64,000 bases of DNA, from positions 1,012,730-1,076,729 of the forward strand of contig BDGG01000007.1 of NCBI GenBank assembly GCA_001949185.1, written 5' to 3'. Every line of letters starts with the position of its first letter. The first letter of the stretch is position 1. The position numbers and the translations under genes were made by a program. Below are positions 51,901-64,000 of the stretch, piece after piece. A model generated the notes under the pieces. It worked only from the letters and a program-made list of their open reading frames with translations, did no database searches and was not told where the DNA came from. The stretch is from Ramazzottius varieornatus (Eukaryota; Animalia; Tardigrada).

Positions 51901-54410
51901 AGTCGATCAGGCCGAGCGAAGCAAGGCCTTTTTGAGTCTGTCGAGATATCAATGGACGATCAGATTGTTCAAGCTTTCACATATCGCAAACTCTGTACTG
52001 AAAACAAATGCGTAACTTGATCCGGGCAACAGAAACTTTTTACTCGCAACTGCAACGTTGCGAGTAAAAATGAGTGGCCTATAATCTTTTTTTAGTAGAA
52101 ATGAGTGGCCTATAATCTTTTTTTAGTAGAAATGAGTGGCCTATAATCTTTTGCCTCCTTTGCTCGGCCTTCCAGTGGTCAGAACCACTAGCTAGTTTAT
52201 ATTTTTATGTCTCTGCTGAGTGCGAAGCCTCGTATAGAGGCCTATCTAATAATATGGTTGGATTCCTCGTTCTTCTGCGCATATGATCGTACATAATGCG
52301 CAACATACAACGCATTATAGACTCCTTTTTAACAGATATTCTCCCGAAAGTCCCGAATTCAACCAGTCGTTCTTTTGCTCTGGATGATTACAGATCCAGA
52401 GATTCCTCCACAAAATGTGATATGTTATGTGGAGGAATCACAGAGGAATTGTGATTCCTCCACATAACATATCTGTCCGTGATCTCTGCCTCGGCTCTCC
52501 CGTCTCGTTGAATCTCGTCGCCCATTTTTGAGAAATTTGTAGCAGTTCATAAATCACATTCTTTAAACTCATAATATTTTGCCTAATTACCGTCTCACTT
52601 TTTTGTTATCTCGCAGTGTAAGAAGTTTTTTCTTCATGGAAAATAAGTTCTTGGGTAATGCATTAATGCCTTCAAATCACCGCACCCAGCCATTTAATTA
52701 ATACTTGCGGCTCTACAAGGAAAGGGAGCCGCTTTCTTTGTATCTACTGCTGCGTAACCTGAATGCAACATAACCTACAGCCTGGTAACGATCTGCGAAG
52801 AATATAATTACCGACGTATCAGGTCACAGCAGCCATCGCGTGCATCCTTGCAAGGACACTTGCACCTCCGCGTCATTCTAATGAATGTCGAACAATGGTA
52901 TTTGAAGGAACATTAATTGTTTGACGAAAAGGCGCGGATTAGCCCCAACTTTTGCCTTATATCGATAATTATCCCTGTCTCCAGTTAAGTAACGACGATA
53001 ACCTGGGTCAACTCAAGTATCGGTCCCGCGTTAGGAGATTTGGCGCGCACGAACTTCCTGTCTGCGCAAAGATCCGAATAAACCTAATCCCAGTTGAAGG
53101 AAAGGAGCAAAGTACCTTAAGCTTCCGACGTTGATGCTGACAAAGTTGAGGTAGATGAAGACTGCACAACCGGTCGGACCCATTAGCCAGCACTCGTACA
53201 CATGGTACAGTATGGCTTCGGGTACCACAGTGACAATCACCAATAGATCGGCGAAAGCCAAGGAAACCTGTCAAAACACAAATCAGTTAGTCACAGCGAA
53301 AGACAACATTGGTGATGGTCTTGTTTCGTTCGGTTTGCTAATCATCCTTGGTACGTTTCCGGGAACCAGAACTAAGCCGCCAAACTAGGCGGGGAATCGT
53401 CCCGATCTCCGTACTCGGCATAAAGATTAAGCTAAGTACAGGTTTAAATGCCGGGTATGATAAGGTCCCGAATATATCGAGATTAGCTGTGGGACGGTCA
53501 CGGACCTGTTCGTGCTTTTTTTGCGACGCAATCAGCTTGCAATTTGGACAAAGCGAAATTAGGGTTCGGTCTGGTCTAATCACGCGTTGGTCTATATGAG
53601 AATACGTGTTTTCGGAGGATCAAGATGAACACACTAGGTGACGATCGAGACTTGTGTTCCATGGTGTTAAGGCTCGAAAGAGTCAACAGAGCTTGTAAGC
53701 CAGATTCCAGTCAACTTTTAGGGTTTGTTGGTGCAACGCTTATTCCCACAGCAAATGGAGCAACCACTCTATAATCATGTACTGTGGGTAACTAAACAAA
53801 GCAATAATTTGCTTCCTGACGAAAATCCGGAAGAATCAAGTTAACACTTTTAAGATTAGACTGAAGAGGTTGTCTCAAAATTTCGCGATTTCAAAATTTA
53901 AATATTTTGACGCAGCGATGGAAAAATTATGCTCTGCTCAGGTTCACTGGCTACGAGTGGGTTGGCCAGGACACAGACGTAGATCTTTATAGTACTATAG
54001 TCTTTATAGTACGGATATTGGTCATAGTATTGTCGTCTCAGATTTCCACCGAAAAATTAATCGATTCAATTTTCTATAAAAAAAGTGAGGGATTTGAAGC
54101 ATCGCAAAATGAGGAACGAACTTACCAAGTAACAATAGGTTGGAGTTTGGAGGATGGTGGCCTTGCGTGCGACATAGATCAGCATACAGTTGCCGGTCAC
54201 TCCCAATATTAAGATGAGCGTGTGGCACAAGGTAGCGGCAATACGGTAAGACAATGGAAAGCTCGTTGGCTTGTCGAGTAGTCTAAGCGTCGAGTTGTAG
54301 CTGTCGTTGTCCGCCATCTTCAGCAGTGTCAGCTGCGCTTCGTCCAGCTGCCAAAACTCCTCTGGTAGATTGTTGAGATCTACAGGAAGCTCCGTCAAGT
54401 ACTCTTCCAT
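45991..54410 (-). CDS. TRHR: Thyrotropin-releasing-hormone-receptor-like GPCR, paralog A (canonical ERF motif)
   Basis: Exons 54410-54126, 53267-53116, 47391-46869 and 46506 onward (3' end uncertain). Motifs 'GNC', 'PTYCYLVSLAFADL', 'SILAFTIERFIAICYP', 'YCSPWL', 'FYVIPL', 'VLRML...LFAIAWLPYR' and 'YLNSAMNPFLYNAMSRRFR'. Confidence 0.85.
48500..49070 (+). repeat. 70-bp minisatellite array in intron 2 of GPCR A, with inverted copies at ~49800-49985 and ~51260-51325
   Basis: Anchor GGACTATTAC at 48560, 48631, 48701, 48771 and 48841. Its reverse complement GTAATAGTCC is at 49870, 49940 and 51275. Confidence 0.9.
52037..52152. repeat. 14-bp hairpin followed by ~2.7 copies of a 31-bp tandem repeat
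   Basis: TTTTTACTCGCAAC-tgcaac-GTTGCGAGTAAAAA, then ATGAGTGGCCTATAATCTTTT at 52070, 52101 and 52132. Confidence 0.85.
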
Positions 54411-56446
54411 TGCGCCCAATGTAGATTCGATCAGAGGTCTGAGCCCAAGCGTACTAATCCGGGAAAATTACGTCCGACCATAATGCTCAGCCTAGCGATG
54501 GATGGCGTCGTTGATAGTTCAAGAGCCGGAATGAACTGACGAAGATGATTGCTGTAAGGAACACTGGGGGCATCCATTTAGACGCGAATGAAGCTTTAGT
54601 GCTTCACGGGCGGCAATTCGATTATCTTGTTGTCCGATACAATCACCTGCAAAAGGCTGACGACAAGTAGAGAGAGCGCACCTCCGCAGCGGATATCCCT
54701 TCTGAAATCCGAGCTTAACTGATTCCTTTGAACCTTTATGGCCGGCGGGAAGGGAAGGAATATCATTGACGCAAGGAGTTAATAGGGATTAGCAAGCATG
54801 TTGGGCCATAGCGCCAGGTTAAGCGGATACAATGTATTTGCAGTGCATGTGCGTCAAGTGGAGCAAATGAACGGAAGCGTGCTGTTCCGACGTAGAAACG
54901 TGCAATCTTGAACGGCTGGAGCCGTGTTGAAAAATTGTCCTATACAGTACGCACGGTTGGTCTCCGTGTTAGGTCGTCTGAAAGAAGAGAAGAGAATGCT
55001 CACAGGAGGTTGTTTCAACCGGCCTATCACTTACTGCTGGGAAATGTCTGGTGGCGACTCAACTCGCTCGGCTCTTCCCATGGATGGATCCGCCGCCCCC
55101 AAGGCATTCCTTCGTTATCTCCCATAATTGCCCAGGGCAGCGCGCTAATAGAGGTCGGGATGTAAAGCTCATGTCATGGCGCATGTAAAGGCAGTTGCCC
55201 AAGCTTGATCGTGGGTACTCTGACAAAACGGTGGCGGATCTTGTGCAAGGATCCATAGAGGCATAAGTGATGCGAACATGGCAAACATCATTGGTCTCAA
55301 TTAGCGACAGTCGACCCATCTCGACTGAGCGAGCGTAGCTGGGGTTTATGATGACGGTTGAACATTTGTGTCAAGTGTATGCGGCACACACGCTACGCAT
55401 ATATTGTCGGAAGTTTTATCTCTTCATCGATAATGTTATTTTTGGATCCGAAAGGACAGTTCAACTGCAGTACAAGGACTGCGATATACCGAGTTGATGC
55501 AAAAGCAAAAGCACCCCAGGCTTTCCATCGAGGTACGCTGATTGCAACCAAGTAGCTTTCGCGAAAGGATAGAATCTTGGGCGGTGGGAAGGAGCTGCAA
55601 GGATCGACCTCGTTCGCCTCATTTGTGCCCTATATTAGGCCCCAGGAATCCTAATATCGTCGTTCCATTATTGCAACGTTGGCAAGACGTGCGCAAGATC
55701 TTTACGTACCTTATCAGAGTGTATACTTTGGTGTCTAACGAGAACATATCAGGGTCGAAAACGGGACTGACCAACTGACATCTTTACCACAAACAAAAAG
55801 AATACATCAGCCAGCAACGGTAACGCTGGACTATCTTGTTACTCAGTACTTCTTACAGTGTCAGAAAAACTCCGCTACCGGAAGTCAAGTTTTTTTGGTT
55901 CATTGCGTCTTTTCGAGTGATGGATTTGAAGCAGTATTATGGCTGCACTTATTAATTAAATTGATGTCGGGAAGAGTAATATTCCAATGTCGTATTTAAA
56001 GCAGAAAATGGTCCAAGGAAAATTCCCAGAACATACACAGCGTTTTTAAGTTGATACGGTAAAGAATGAGTGCGCCAACTTTCTTTTGGTGGTCATCGAG
56101 TCCATTCCACCGACGCTGCAGCTGGCGCCACCTCGGCAGCTGGGATATCCTCCAAAAATCTAGAGCGCATCGCTGGAGTATATCAGGCTCCACTACTGTA
56201 CAACAATAGAATATCGTTTGGGTAGAATATCGACTTGATCTTTACTGCACATTACTATTGATACTGTGTGTTTCAGGCTTTCGGCGTTTCCCGTAGCTAA
56301 CGTTCTCATCTAAGAAGCTAGCTGCTGGTGCCTCGAGGATGATAAATTATTCACGTAGAGCCTTGTCGCTATCAAGAACTCCCTTAGCTCACGATCTGTC
56401 TGCCTAGCGGGAAACAAGATGAGGGACATGGCTTACGTTTCGAAAC

Positions 56447-56701
56447 TATAGAAGGCTCGGCGAAGGTAAAATAAGCCGTTTTAGCCGTTCTTAGCCGTGG
56501 CTAAAAATATTTTAGCCGCGGCTAGAATGTGTTGTGCTTCCGAATGATTTATTGATGCCAAAAATATTTTAGCCGACTCAAAATCAATAGATCAATCGAA
56601 CGCACAATACATTTCAGCCGTGGCTAAAAGTATTTAGCTGCTTTAGCCGCGGCTAAGGAACGGCTAAAGCGGCTTATTTTAGCTTCGCCGAGCCTTCTAT
56701 A
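56447..56701. mobile_element. Foldback MITE between the two GPCR starts
   Basis: Long imperfect TIRs TATAGAAGGCTCGGCGAAG(G/C)TAAAATAAGCCG with TTAGCCG subrepeats. Confidence 0.85.
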
Positions 56702-58612
56702 TTCGAAAATCGAAACTGCCTGACTGGCCGCTGAACTGCGGTATCAATATTTGAGGGCAGAGCCGATTCTGCCCTGCTGCATGGTGCGTAGTGCGTAGTG
56801 GTAAAACGATGGGTCAGTCGCAAGAGCTGATCGAAAGGACAACACTGGTTACCCATGTGTTGTAAAAAATGGGCACTGCAAAACTAGAACTCTAGATCAT
56901 GAATTGACACCAACCGTTCAGGAATCGACTTTCTATGGCTTCGCCCCAGGACTTTAACACGGGAAACACAAATGTCAGAATATCTGGACACTTTCAGGTC
57001 CGCTGCAGCTATTTTCTCTACAGGATGGTCTAAGAAAAGCGGTTTTCGGAATTTTTGCATGATTTAGGATTCTAGTTTGGCAGTACACATTTACCCAAAT
57101 GGTAGTGGCTTCCGGACAGGATCACATGTTGATCCCTTGCCTGGGCTAGACGGAAATACGTTGTTGAGTGGATTCGGCTGGAACGTATCTCGTTTGGCCA
57201 TCTACTTTCTTCGGTTTCCCTACTCATCCCATTCATCCAAGCTGATCTTTAAGAACTAACCGACAGAAACAGCAGCGCACTTACTTTCGCGTAAACGCGT
57301 ATAGCTGACCTGATGAGGGTACAAAGAGAAAATCGGGGCCTTCGATGGACAGTTACTTGGTTATTTGAACGTGAACTGATAGCCCAGAAATTACTGCAAA
57401 AGAATTAGGTTGGGTAAATACCTGTAGAAGCTCCCCTCGAGCTCGAGTTCCATCTGACTTACGTACACGATGCCGGTTCCCTCTTCTGCACATTTTCTGC
57501 TTCTTCAAAGACTGCCCTGGCGTTATTATGCGTGAAAAAATGATCATGGGTCGTAGAGACTACCATCATGGCAGGTCTCTGACCTTCGAATTTCGTGCTA
57601 GTCCCTCCGAGGTTTCCTGCTTAGGCTGTTATCCCCTCGCGTCTTCCGGTGTCTGCTCCATTGTGTCATGTTTCTTCCTGTAATCTCCGCGTATCTGCTT
57701 ATTTGAGAACCTTGACCTATCCAACAGAGCAGGTGTAGTTCAATGCAGCAAAATCTTCCATTAAATGGGGTAATGGTTCACAGGTAGACCTTATTACGTA
57801 GAGCACATGGCTTGGTAATCTCTGTTCAGAAATCAGCAAAAACGATCCCATTGATCTCAAGCACTGGTTTTTTTCCTTCCGCGCTTCGTTGTGTCATAAA
57901 TCTGCCGCTGGCGAGGACTCACCTGCATGAATTTAACTCGTCAATCAGCAAGCTTTTTTCGCGACGTTCAATAGCGGTATTTGTCTCAATATTATGCAGC
58001 GTGCTTTGTGAAATGTCCATTCATTCATCGCCATCGCGCTGGGCCTAAGCTTACTCTCCGAAGCGCTGCGAGGTACAGAATCAACTCAATACAAAGTGAG
58101 AACTTGAACTGCAGTTGCGTGTGTTGAATTGTCTACCATAGTTTATTCTTGTTCAAACGAAGCTGCTCGGATGATTTTTTTCTGGGTGAGTTTTTCCCTA
58201 CTGTGTACATCTAGGTCTATTTCCAGTCGATTTCGGGGAGTGTTGCTCACGAAAGTTACATGTCCGTCTGTTGTCCTGGGATCTCACCCATAAGTCCCTA
58301 ATTTGCGCGAAAGTGATCTACTTCATTATCGCACTAAGTACCACTCCCCTGACGTTAACAGACCTCTCAGAGCTGTATGATCGTTGCTGACATTCACATT
58401 GCTCGTTTGTCTTATTAGGCCAAGGGTGAGCCAGTTGGATATGGCTTTCCACTGCTGAGTTAAACGGTGAGTACTTCGTGCTAACGAGACAAACTGTATG
58501 AATTACGTGCAGCCATTTCGGAAAACAGCAAAGATCGATACCAACACGCCGCAAAAAACTTGCTTTTTCAGTCAAGGTTAGACGACAGTCAGTCTGGCTC
58601 GAAGTCTCGAAC

Positions 58613-61600
58613 ATGGAAGCGACGCACAGCGAAGGCAACTGGACGGCATCTTCCAACTATTCATCGAGCTTCCTTGTCTACGAACAAGTCTCCTATCCTT
58701 TGTCGTACCAAATCATCGCTACGATCTTACACATCCTGATATTCATCTTTGGTGTCGTCGGCAACTGCGTGGTTATCCTTGTCATAACGCGCTCAAAGAG
58801 TCTTCATAGTCCAGCTTACACTTATATCGTACGGTGAAAATTCATAACTGTTTGGGCGCCAAAAACCTTTTGCCTAAAAGCATCATCCTTGACGTTTGAA
58901 AACGCAAAAATTGATGGGTACCCGGTCCAAAGTAGACCATGGAAACTAACGAACGTTTCTTAAATCCATCTCAAATTAAGATTCGTTCACCACACTTCTG
59001 ATACCGGTACACGCAGTTTATCTAATTGACGGCCGGGACAAAATTAACGGCCACCGCCTGAACATGGGAGCTGTCAGCTGAAGTTGAGCACTAATCATTC
59101 AATGCGCTACCGCTCTCAGCCGGTGGCCGGCAAGTTTGTCCCGGCCGATAATTAGGCATACTGCCAGTATCGCCGTCAGGAACCTAGTGGCCAATGGCAG
59201 ATTTGCCCCATGGGACTGCGCAAGAGGTAGGGTTTTCTAACTAGTATTTTGATACAATTTATTTTGAAATTACTCTTAGCCACGAGCTTTGAATTTCTGA
59301 AATCCGAAGCGTCTTATTCGCGGTCGATGGCCGAAGTGATCCTTCAGCTCAGAAATGTAGGTTGATTGGCTGAACAAAAAAAGCCTTACCCCAGTCAATC
59401 CTGCGGCGTAATGCAGTACTAACAGAGTGCCGTATGATTTACTGGTGTTTTCAACTGATATCGGCACAAAGGCCAGGCAAAGCGTGAAATTGTTAAACTA
59501 CCAGTCCTGACTTTTATCCGGGGTGTTTCCTTTTTCAGGTGTCGCTTGCTGTGGCGGACCTGATCGTGTTGATTTCCACGGTGCCAGAAGCCATCCTGGG
59601 ACACTACATTGGGAATCAGTGGCTGTTTGGTCAAGTCGGCTGCTCAGTCTTCATCTTTAGCAACTTTCTAGGCATCAACGGCGGAAGCCTCAGGTAAGCC
59701 TACAATCAACCCCCCATTACATCATAGATGGGTCCAGCTGGGTACGCAATAATCACGCGACAAGGGTTTGAAATGCTTCGACCGACTATACACTTCCGAT
59801 TAAAACTGAGAACGCTTTTCGAATAAATCAAACGATGCAGAACTCCGCGTACCGCAAAGCGTTGCTTTTGCTTCTTCCCTCCGCAGTCTTACGATTCTGA
59901 GTATCTGAAATAAAAAAGATTTCTTCTAGACTGAGTCAAAATGGAAAGCTTCTCAAAAAACGGGCAGCCTCAAAAAACGGGAAAAATTTTCACATGGGCT
60001 GTTCGAAAGCCTAATGTTGGTTCTATGTTACGATGACAAGGGCGTTTTATTATCAGCTTTCTGGCTTTCGCAGCACGGAGCCGAAAACAACGCTGTTTTG
60101 GGAGTTCTTACAGCTGGGTACAGCCAGCTGATTTGTTGATTTGGTCTCACGAAAGTCACGTGATCGTGGGGACTAATGTCCAGTCTTCCCAAACGCGTTC
60201 GAAATATCAAAATCGGATGAGTGTGAAGGAGGTTGTGAATTTTCGAATGAAGGTGGGGGTGGACAGATACTTATGAGAGACAGTGTATCGTCTAGACTAA
60301 AGTAGATTCTGTCTTTTCTTAAGTTCGAGTTTTAGTCCCGAGACTTAAATTGAGACTGAGAATGCGATAAGGGACGAAAACTAAAGAGGCAAAGACTAAA
60401 ATAAAAAAGCTGTTACCGAACAGCATATCGATGTTCCCTCCAAGTGTGCCATCGTCGAGACACCAGCACTTGAAGTCCAACTTTATGGACTTGGAAAGCT
60501 CTCTGGTCACCCGACAGAAGAGCAGAGGTTCTAACGGTTCTCTCTGTTGAACTCCACGAGCTAACTGTAGGACTTGGTCGCCGTAGATGAGGTTGGAGGG
60601 CTGGCTGTAAATCTGACAGGCGAAGTTGAAGTACACTGGCAAAGCTTTCTCCCCTTCCACTAGCAACCTAAAACGAAAAACAGCGCCAAAAATCTTACCA
60701 CTGTTTCATTATAAAATCATCACAGACGTCGGTCTGCTTTTTTCTATGAAGTTTTCACTGCCACAGTGTTATTCGGACATCGTTTGAGTCACTACCCAGT
60801 GCAATAAATTCGGAAGGGCAAATACAAATCTGCTTTTCTTTTCTAGTATTCTGGCCTTCACTGTCGAACAGCACGTGGCTGTCTGCGGAAGTGCCCCAGG
60901 AGTCGGGCGTTTCTGGAAGCGAACCCGTCTAATCATCGGCGCACTGTGGGTTTTCACCATTGCCTACTGTTCTCCATGGCTGTTCGCGCTCACCGAAGTC
61001 AAGCCAGATCCCAACGACGCTTCAAAGTCCCAATGTACAATGAGTCTTTCCCGTCAGCTGTACCTCGGACTCTTCGGCACGGACCTTATTCTTTTCTACC
61101 TCATCCCGCTCGTGGTTGCGCTAGTCTGTTATGGGCAGATAGCAATTACGTTAAATCGGTTATCCGGTGCGGGTTGGCGCACACCCAATCGCAATAGCGT
61201 CGACTTGCCCCAAGGACCACAAGTCGGACTGTCACCTAACTCGGAGAACCTGTTGAACGCTGGAAGGCAGAGCTCAAGGTCAACAACAACCAGGCTAAGA
61301 ATAACCGATAGCACCATGTTTGAAGGACGGTTTACCGACCATATTAAACCACAGTCCCAAAAGCAGGTGGTTTTTCTGCACATAACAACTGGATGTCTCA
61401 ACGAAAATTTACATGATAATTTTTCTCTCAGGTTCTTCGAATGCTAATAGTGATCGTGGCGTTGTTTGCCATCACGTGGCTACCCTACCGTGGTCTTCTC
61501 TTGTACAATTCCTTTGCCAAAGAGGTCTGGCTGGACTTGTGGTTCGTCTTCTTCGCGAAGACACTGATTTATTTCAACTCAGCCATGAATCCGTACCTTT

Positions 61601-63512
61601 ACAACGCCATGAGCCGGCGCTTCCGTATTGCGGTCCAGCGTCTCTTCTATTTTCGGTCCAAAGGTAAGGCGAAGATAATGAAACTGTTACCGATGGTAGT
61701 GCTTATACTGTACACGCACGGTGGTATAGTTTGGGCCAGTAAATAGTTTGGGCCAGGCCGTTTCGCTACGGCGGCACGGGCAGGAGTTTCATGCTTCGTG
61801 TAAAAAAGAGCACTACTGGTAGTACTGCTGCACGTTCGTGCTGGGTATCGGAACGAGCAGCTCGAAGCATGACACTTTTATTGAAATTCTTTTTTGCCGG
61901 AACAAGCCCACCATAAGCACATACGAAAACAAGATACTCCAGATATGAAATCTCTGTTTACAATCACAATCAGAAATCAAAGTCGTCACAACCAGCGAAG
62001 CGAACCTACTGCACTTTCTTCGACCCAATACGTTTGTTTGGAGGAGCTGGTACGAGCGTACCCACATCAGCATTCGACAAAGGGCAGGCGGAAGGTTCCT
62101 CCACACTGCAAAAGAGCCACAAATTAAATAGATAACGTGGAATTTATATTTGCCAGCAGAGCGTAACTTACTTTGTGGGGAGCATTCGGCAGCACTTCCT
62201 GCCGGAAGTAGTCCGTCAGCACCTTGTGATCCATTACGCCCGATCGATTGACTGCGACATAGAGCTTGTCCTTGGTATTATCATACATGCTGCCCAAATG
62301 CAATACTCCGTCGAACAGCACCAAAGGTTTGAACATCCGGCCCGCTGCGTTTCCACAGAACAGCGTGTCACTTGATCCCTTGTTGAGCTTTCTGTGTATG
62401 AAACCACATGTTTCTTCCCTTTCTCCGCATAAACTCTCTCCCTTTCAAAACCCAGAACGAAGCCAGATTCATCAAGATTGATGATTCCTTCCGGATTTGA
62501 CAGGTAGCCTTGGTCATTCAGCCCGCCGAGAAGCTCGATCCACGATTCCGCACATTCGACAGTCCACTCTCGTGCTTTCTTCCTGTCAACGTTTGAGGCT
62601 AGTCGAAGGGATATTTCTTTCTGTTCCTGGAGGAAACGCCGATGAAAATTATCCCAACACCTGACAAAGATCAACATTCGAAGTTGATATTATAAAACGT
62701 TCGACAAGCAAAATTACTGTACCTTTCGCAATGCTCATTTCGTCCACAAAAACGCGCAGCTGGGTTTTGTTGAGAGGAAATCCAGTATTTCCGAATTTCT
62801 TGAGCAGATCAACCAGCAGCCCTTCCTCAAAATCGTTGAGCTTTCTTTCTTTACCCATCCTACGTGCCTTCGTATCTTGCACATAAAGTGAGACGGTGTT
62901 GCGCGAAACTTTGAAAACTCGAGCTGCTTCGCGTAGCCCCATTCCATTCTCGACAGCAGACAGCGCATCCTTCAGGGCTTCTTCGGTGTATCGCCGAGGC
63001 CGCTTGGTCTTAAAGGGCTGGGACATTTCGAGAAACGTTTACGGAAAGAATATCGAGCTAACGATTCCAGGGCTTCTCCGAGAGAAAATCGAGTAGCCAT
63101 GCACAGCAGCTTTGAAGTGTGAGAGTAAAACAGCTGATCAGCTGATGACCATTGTCCACGACAATTTTCTGCGGTTGAATTTTATTGCGTTACGACATTA
63201 GTCCGATTTCTGTTTCTGGCTTCCATACAAAATCTAAGTTTGCCGTCTTTTCCGTCTGGCCCAAACTACCCCACCGTGCGTGTACAATGAAGGAAGTCTG
63301 CCTTCTCGTGATCAAATTTGATTGGCAGTTGTGGACACATTAGTGCCCTTGCAGTGGGTGTGCTCATATACACTAAAGCAATCAAATTTGATTACGACAA
63401 GGCACGCACTTTTTTCATTGTACCAGGAGCAAGGTCTTACTTTGCTCAGCGTACGACTTTGCTCACCACACGCCACGAGCTGTGCGCAGGTTTCATGAGT
63501 TTTGTGACGTAG
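58613..63512 (+). CDS. TRH-receptor-like GPCR, paralog B (atypical EQH in place of E/DRY)
   Basis: Exons 58613-58828, 59539-59693, 60847-61366 and 61432-61663, with a probable last exon from 63427 (end uncertain). The first three intron positions match paralog A. TM motifs GN, LAVADL, WLFG..GC, WLPYR and NPYLY are intact. Confidence 0.85.
59008..59169. mobile_element. Small MITE in intron 1 of GPCR B
   Basis: Imperfect inverted ends GCAGT..(A/C)CTAATT..CGGCCGGGACAAA. Confidence 0.65.
60415..60660 (-). pseudogene. Non-LTR reverse-transcriptase fragment (CRE/R2-like)
   Basis: 'GVQQREPLEPLLF' (degenerate GVQQGDPLGPLLF) and 'WCLDDGTLGG' (degenerate YLDD), in intron 2 of GPCR B. Confidence 0.75.
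61713..63282 (-). mobile_element. pogo-like element (HTH_psq, CENP-B, DDE_1), internally deleted, in intron 4 of GPCR B
   Basis: TIRs CACGCACGGTGG..TAGTTTGGGCCAG with TA at 61711-61712 and 63283-63284. Motifs 'YTEEALKDALSAVENGMGLREAARVFKVSRNT' and 'IINLDESGF'. The transposase contains short GT-AG introns. Confidence 0.92.
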
Positions 63513-64000
63513 ACGTGACGTCAATGAGCAAAGCAAGACTTCGCTCCTCGTACTTGTTGTTCCATTCCTATGAGTACCGATGTACGCACTGCCGTGCATC
63601 GGTAACTTTGGAAGATAAGGGACTGATATACGTAGACCTTGCCACTCCGCAGGAAAAGGCGGAGGACGCAGACACACTCCAACTAAGCGGATCCGTCCCG
63701 AAAAAGAAAACCAAAACCAAGTGATACTTCAATAAAGGCTCTGTCAGCTGCGCCATCAGACTAACACTCTTGCACGTGAAATCAGATATCGATTCGAAAA
63801 CTGATTTTCGTACCCAGAGACGACGAGCACAGTAAGTGTCCGTGTGGATTTTTATCGCATGCTACTCGACGGCTGGCTTGTCTTGCATACGATGTAATAA
63901 CGCTTGTGCATGGAACGTCTAGGTCAACCCTCAAATGGTATTTTCCGTTCCATCTTCATATTATAATATTTTGTGCGTGTCAAGCGTGCAGAAGAGACGA

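Noticed and set aside
57310-57335. CTGATGA...GAAA hammerhead-like core
   Set aside because: No pairable stem II lies between the motifs.
58613-61663. GPCR paralog B as a plain pseudogene
   Set aside because: All four core exons are open, with canonical splice sites and conserved TM motifs. The TE insertions are confined to introns.

Overview
Eukaryotic, invertebrate-like metazoan genomic DNA with GT-AG introns, so most entries in the ORF track are exon fragments or noise. I assembled the gene models by hand from splice sites and frame continuity. Host genes, in order: an extracellular LRR protein (-), phosphoserine phosphatase PSPH (-), CD2BP2/Lin1 (-), a C19orf53/UPF0390-like small basic protein (+), MAD2L2/REV7 (-), an RG/FG-rich protein with a split BTB domain (+), a compact CtIP/Sae2/COM-1 homolog not visible in the ORF track (+), Elongin A (-), RRP1/Nop52 (+), a secreted Gly/Tyr/Leu-rich protein (+), and two head-to-head TRH-receptor-like GPCR paralogs. 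Many decayed and nested transposons lie between and inside the genes: MULE, Tc1/mariner, hAT, pogo/Tigger, piggyBac, LINEs, MITEs and a 70-bp minisatellite. The most unusual observations are: (1) a divergent TRHR pair in which one paralog is intact but has EQH instead of the E/DRY motif; (2) a perfect 67-bp inverted copy of the 5' leader inside intron 1 of the Gly-rich gene, which would pair with the start codon and loop out the splice donor; (3) a piggyBac transposase split by a 1.4-kb frame-preserving GT-AG intron that holds unexplained ORFs; (4) a compact CtIP next to REV7 and a BTB protein. No database searches were run. Family calls rest on recognised motifs.
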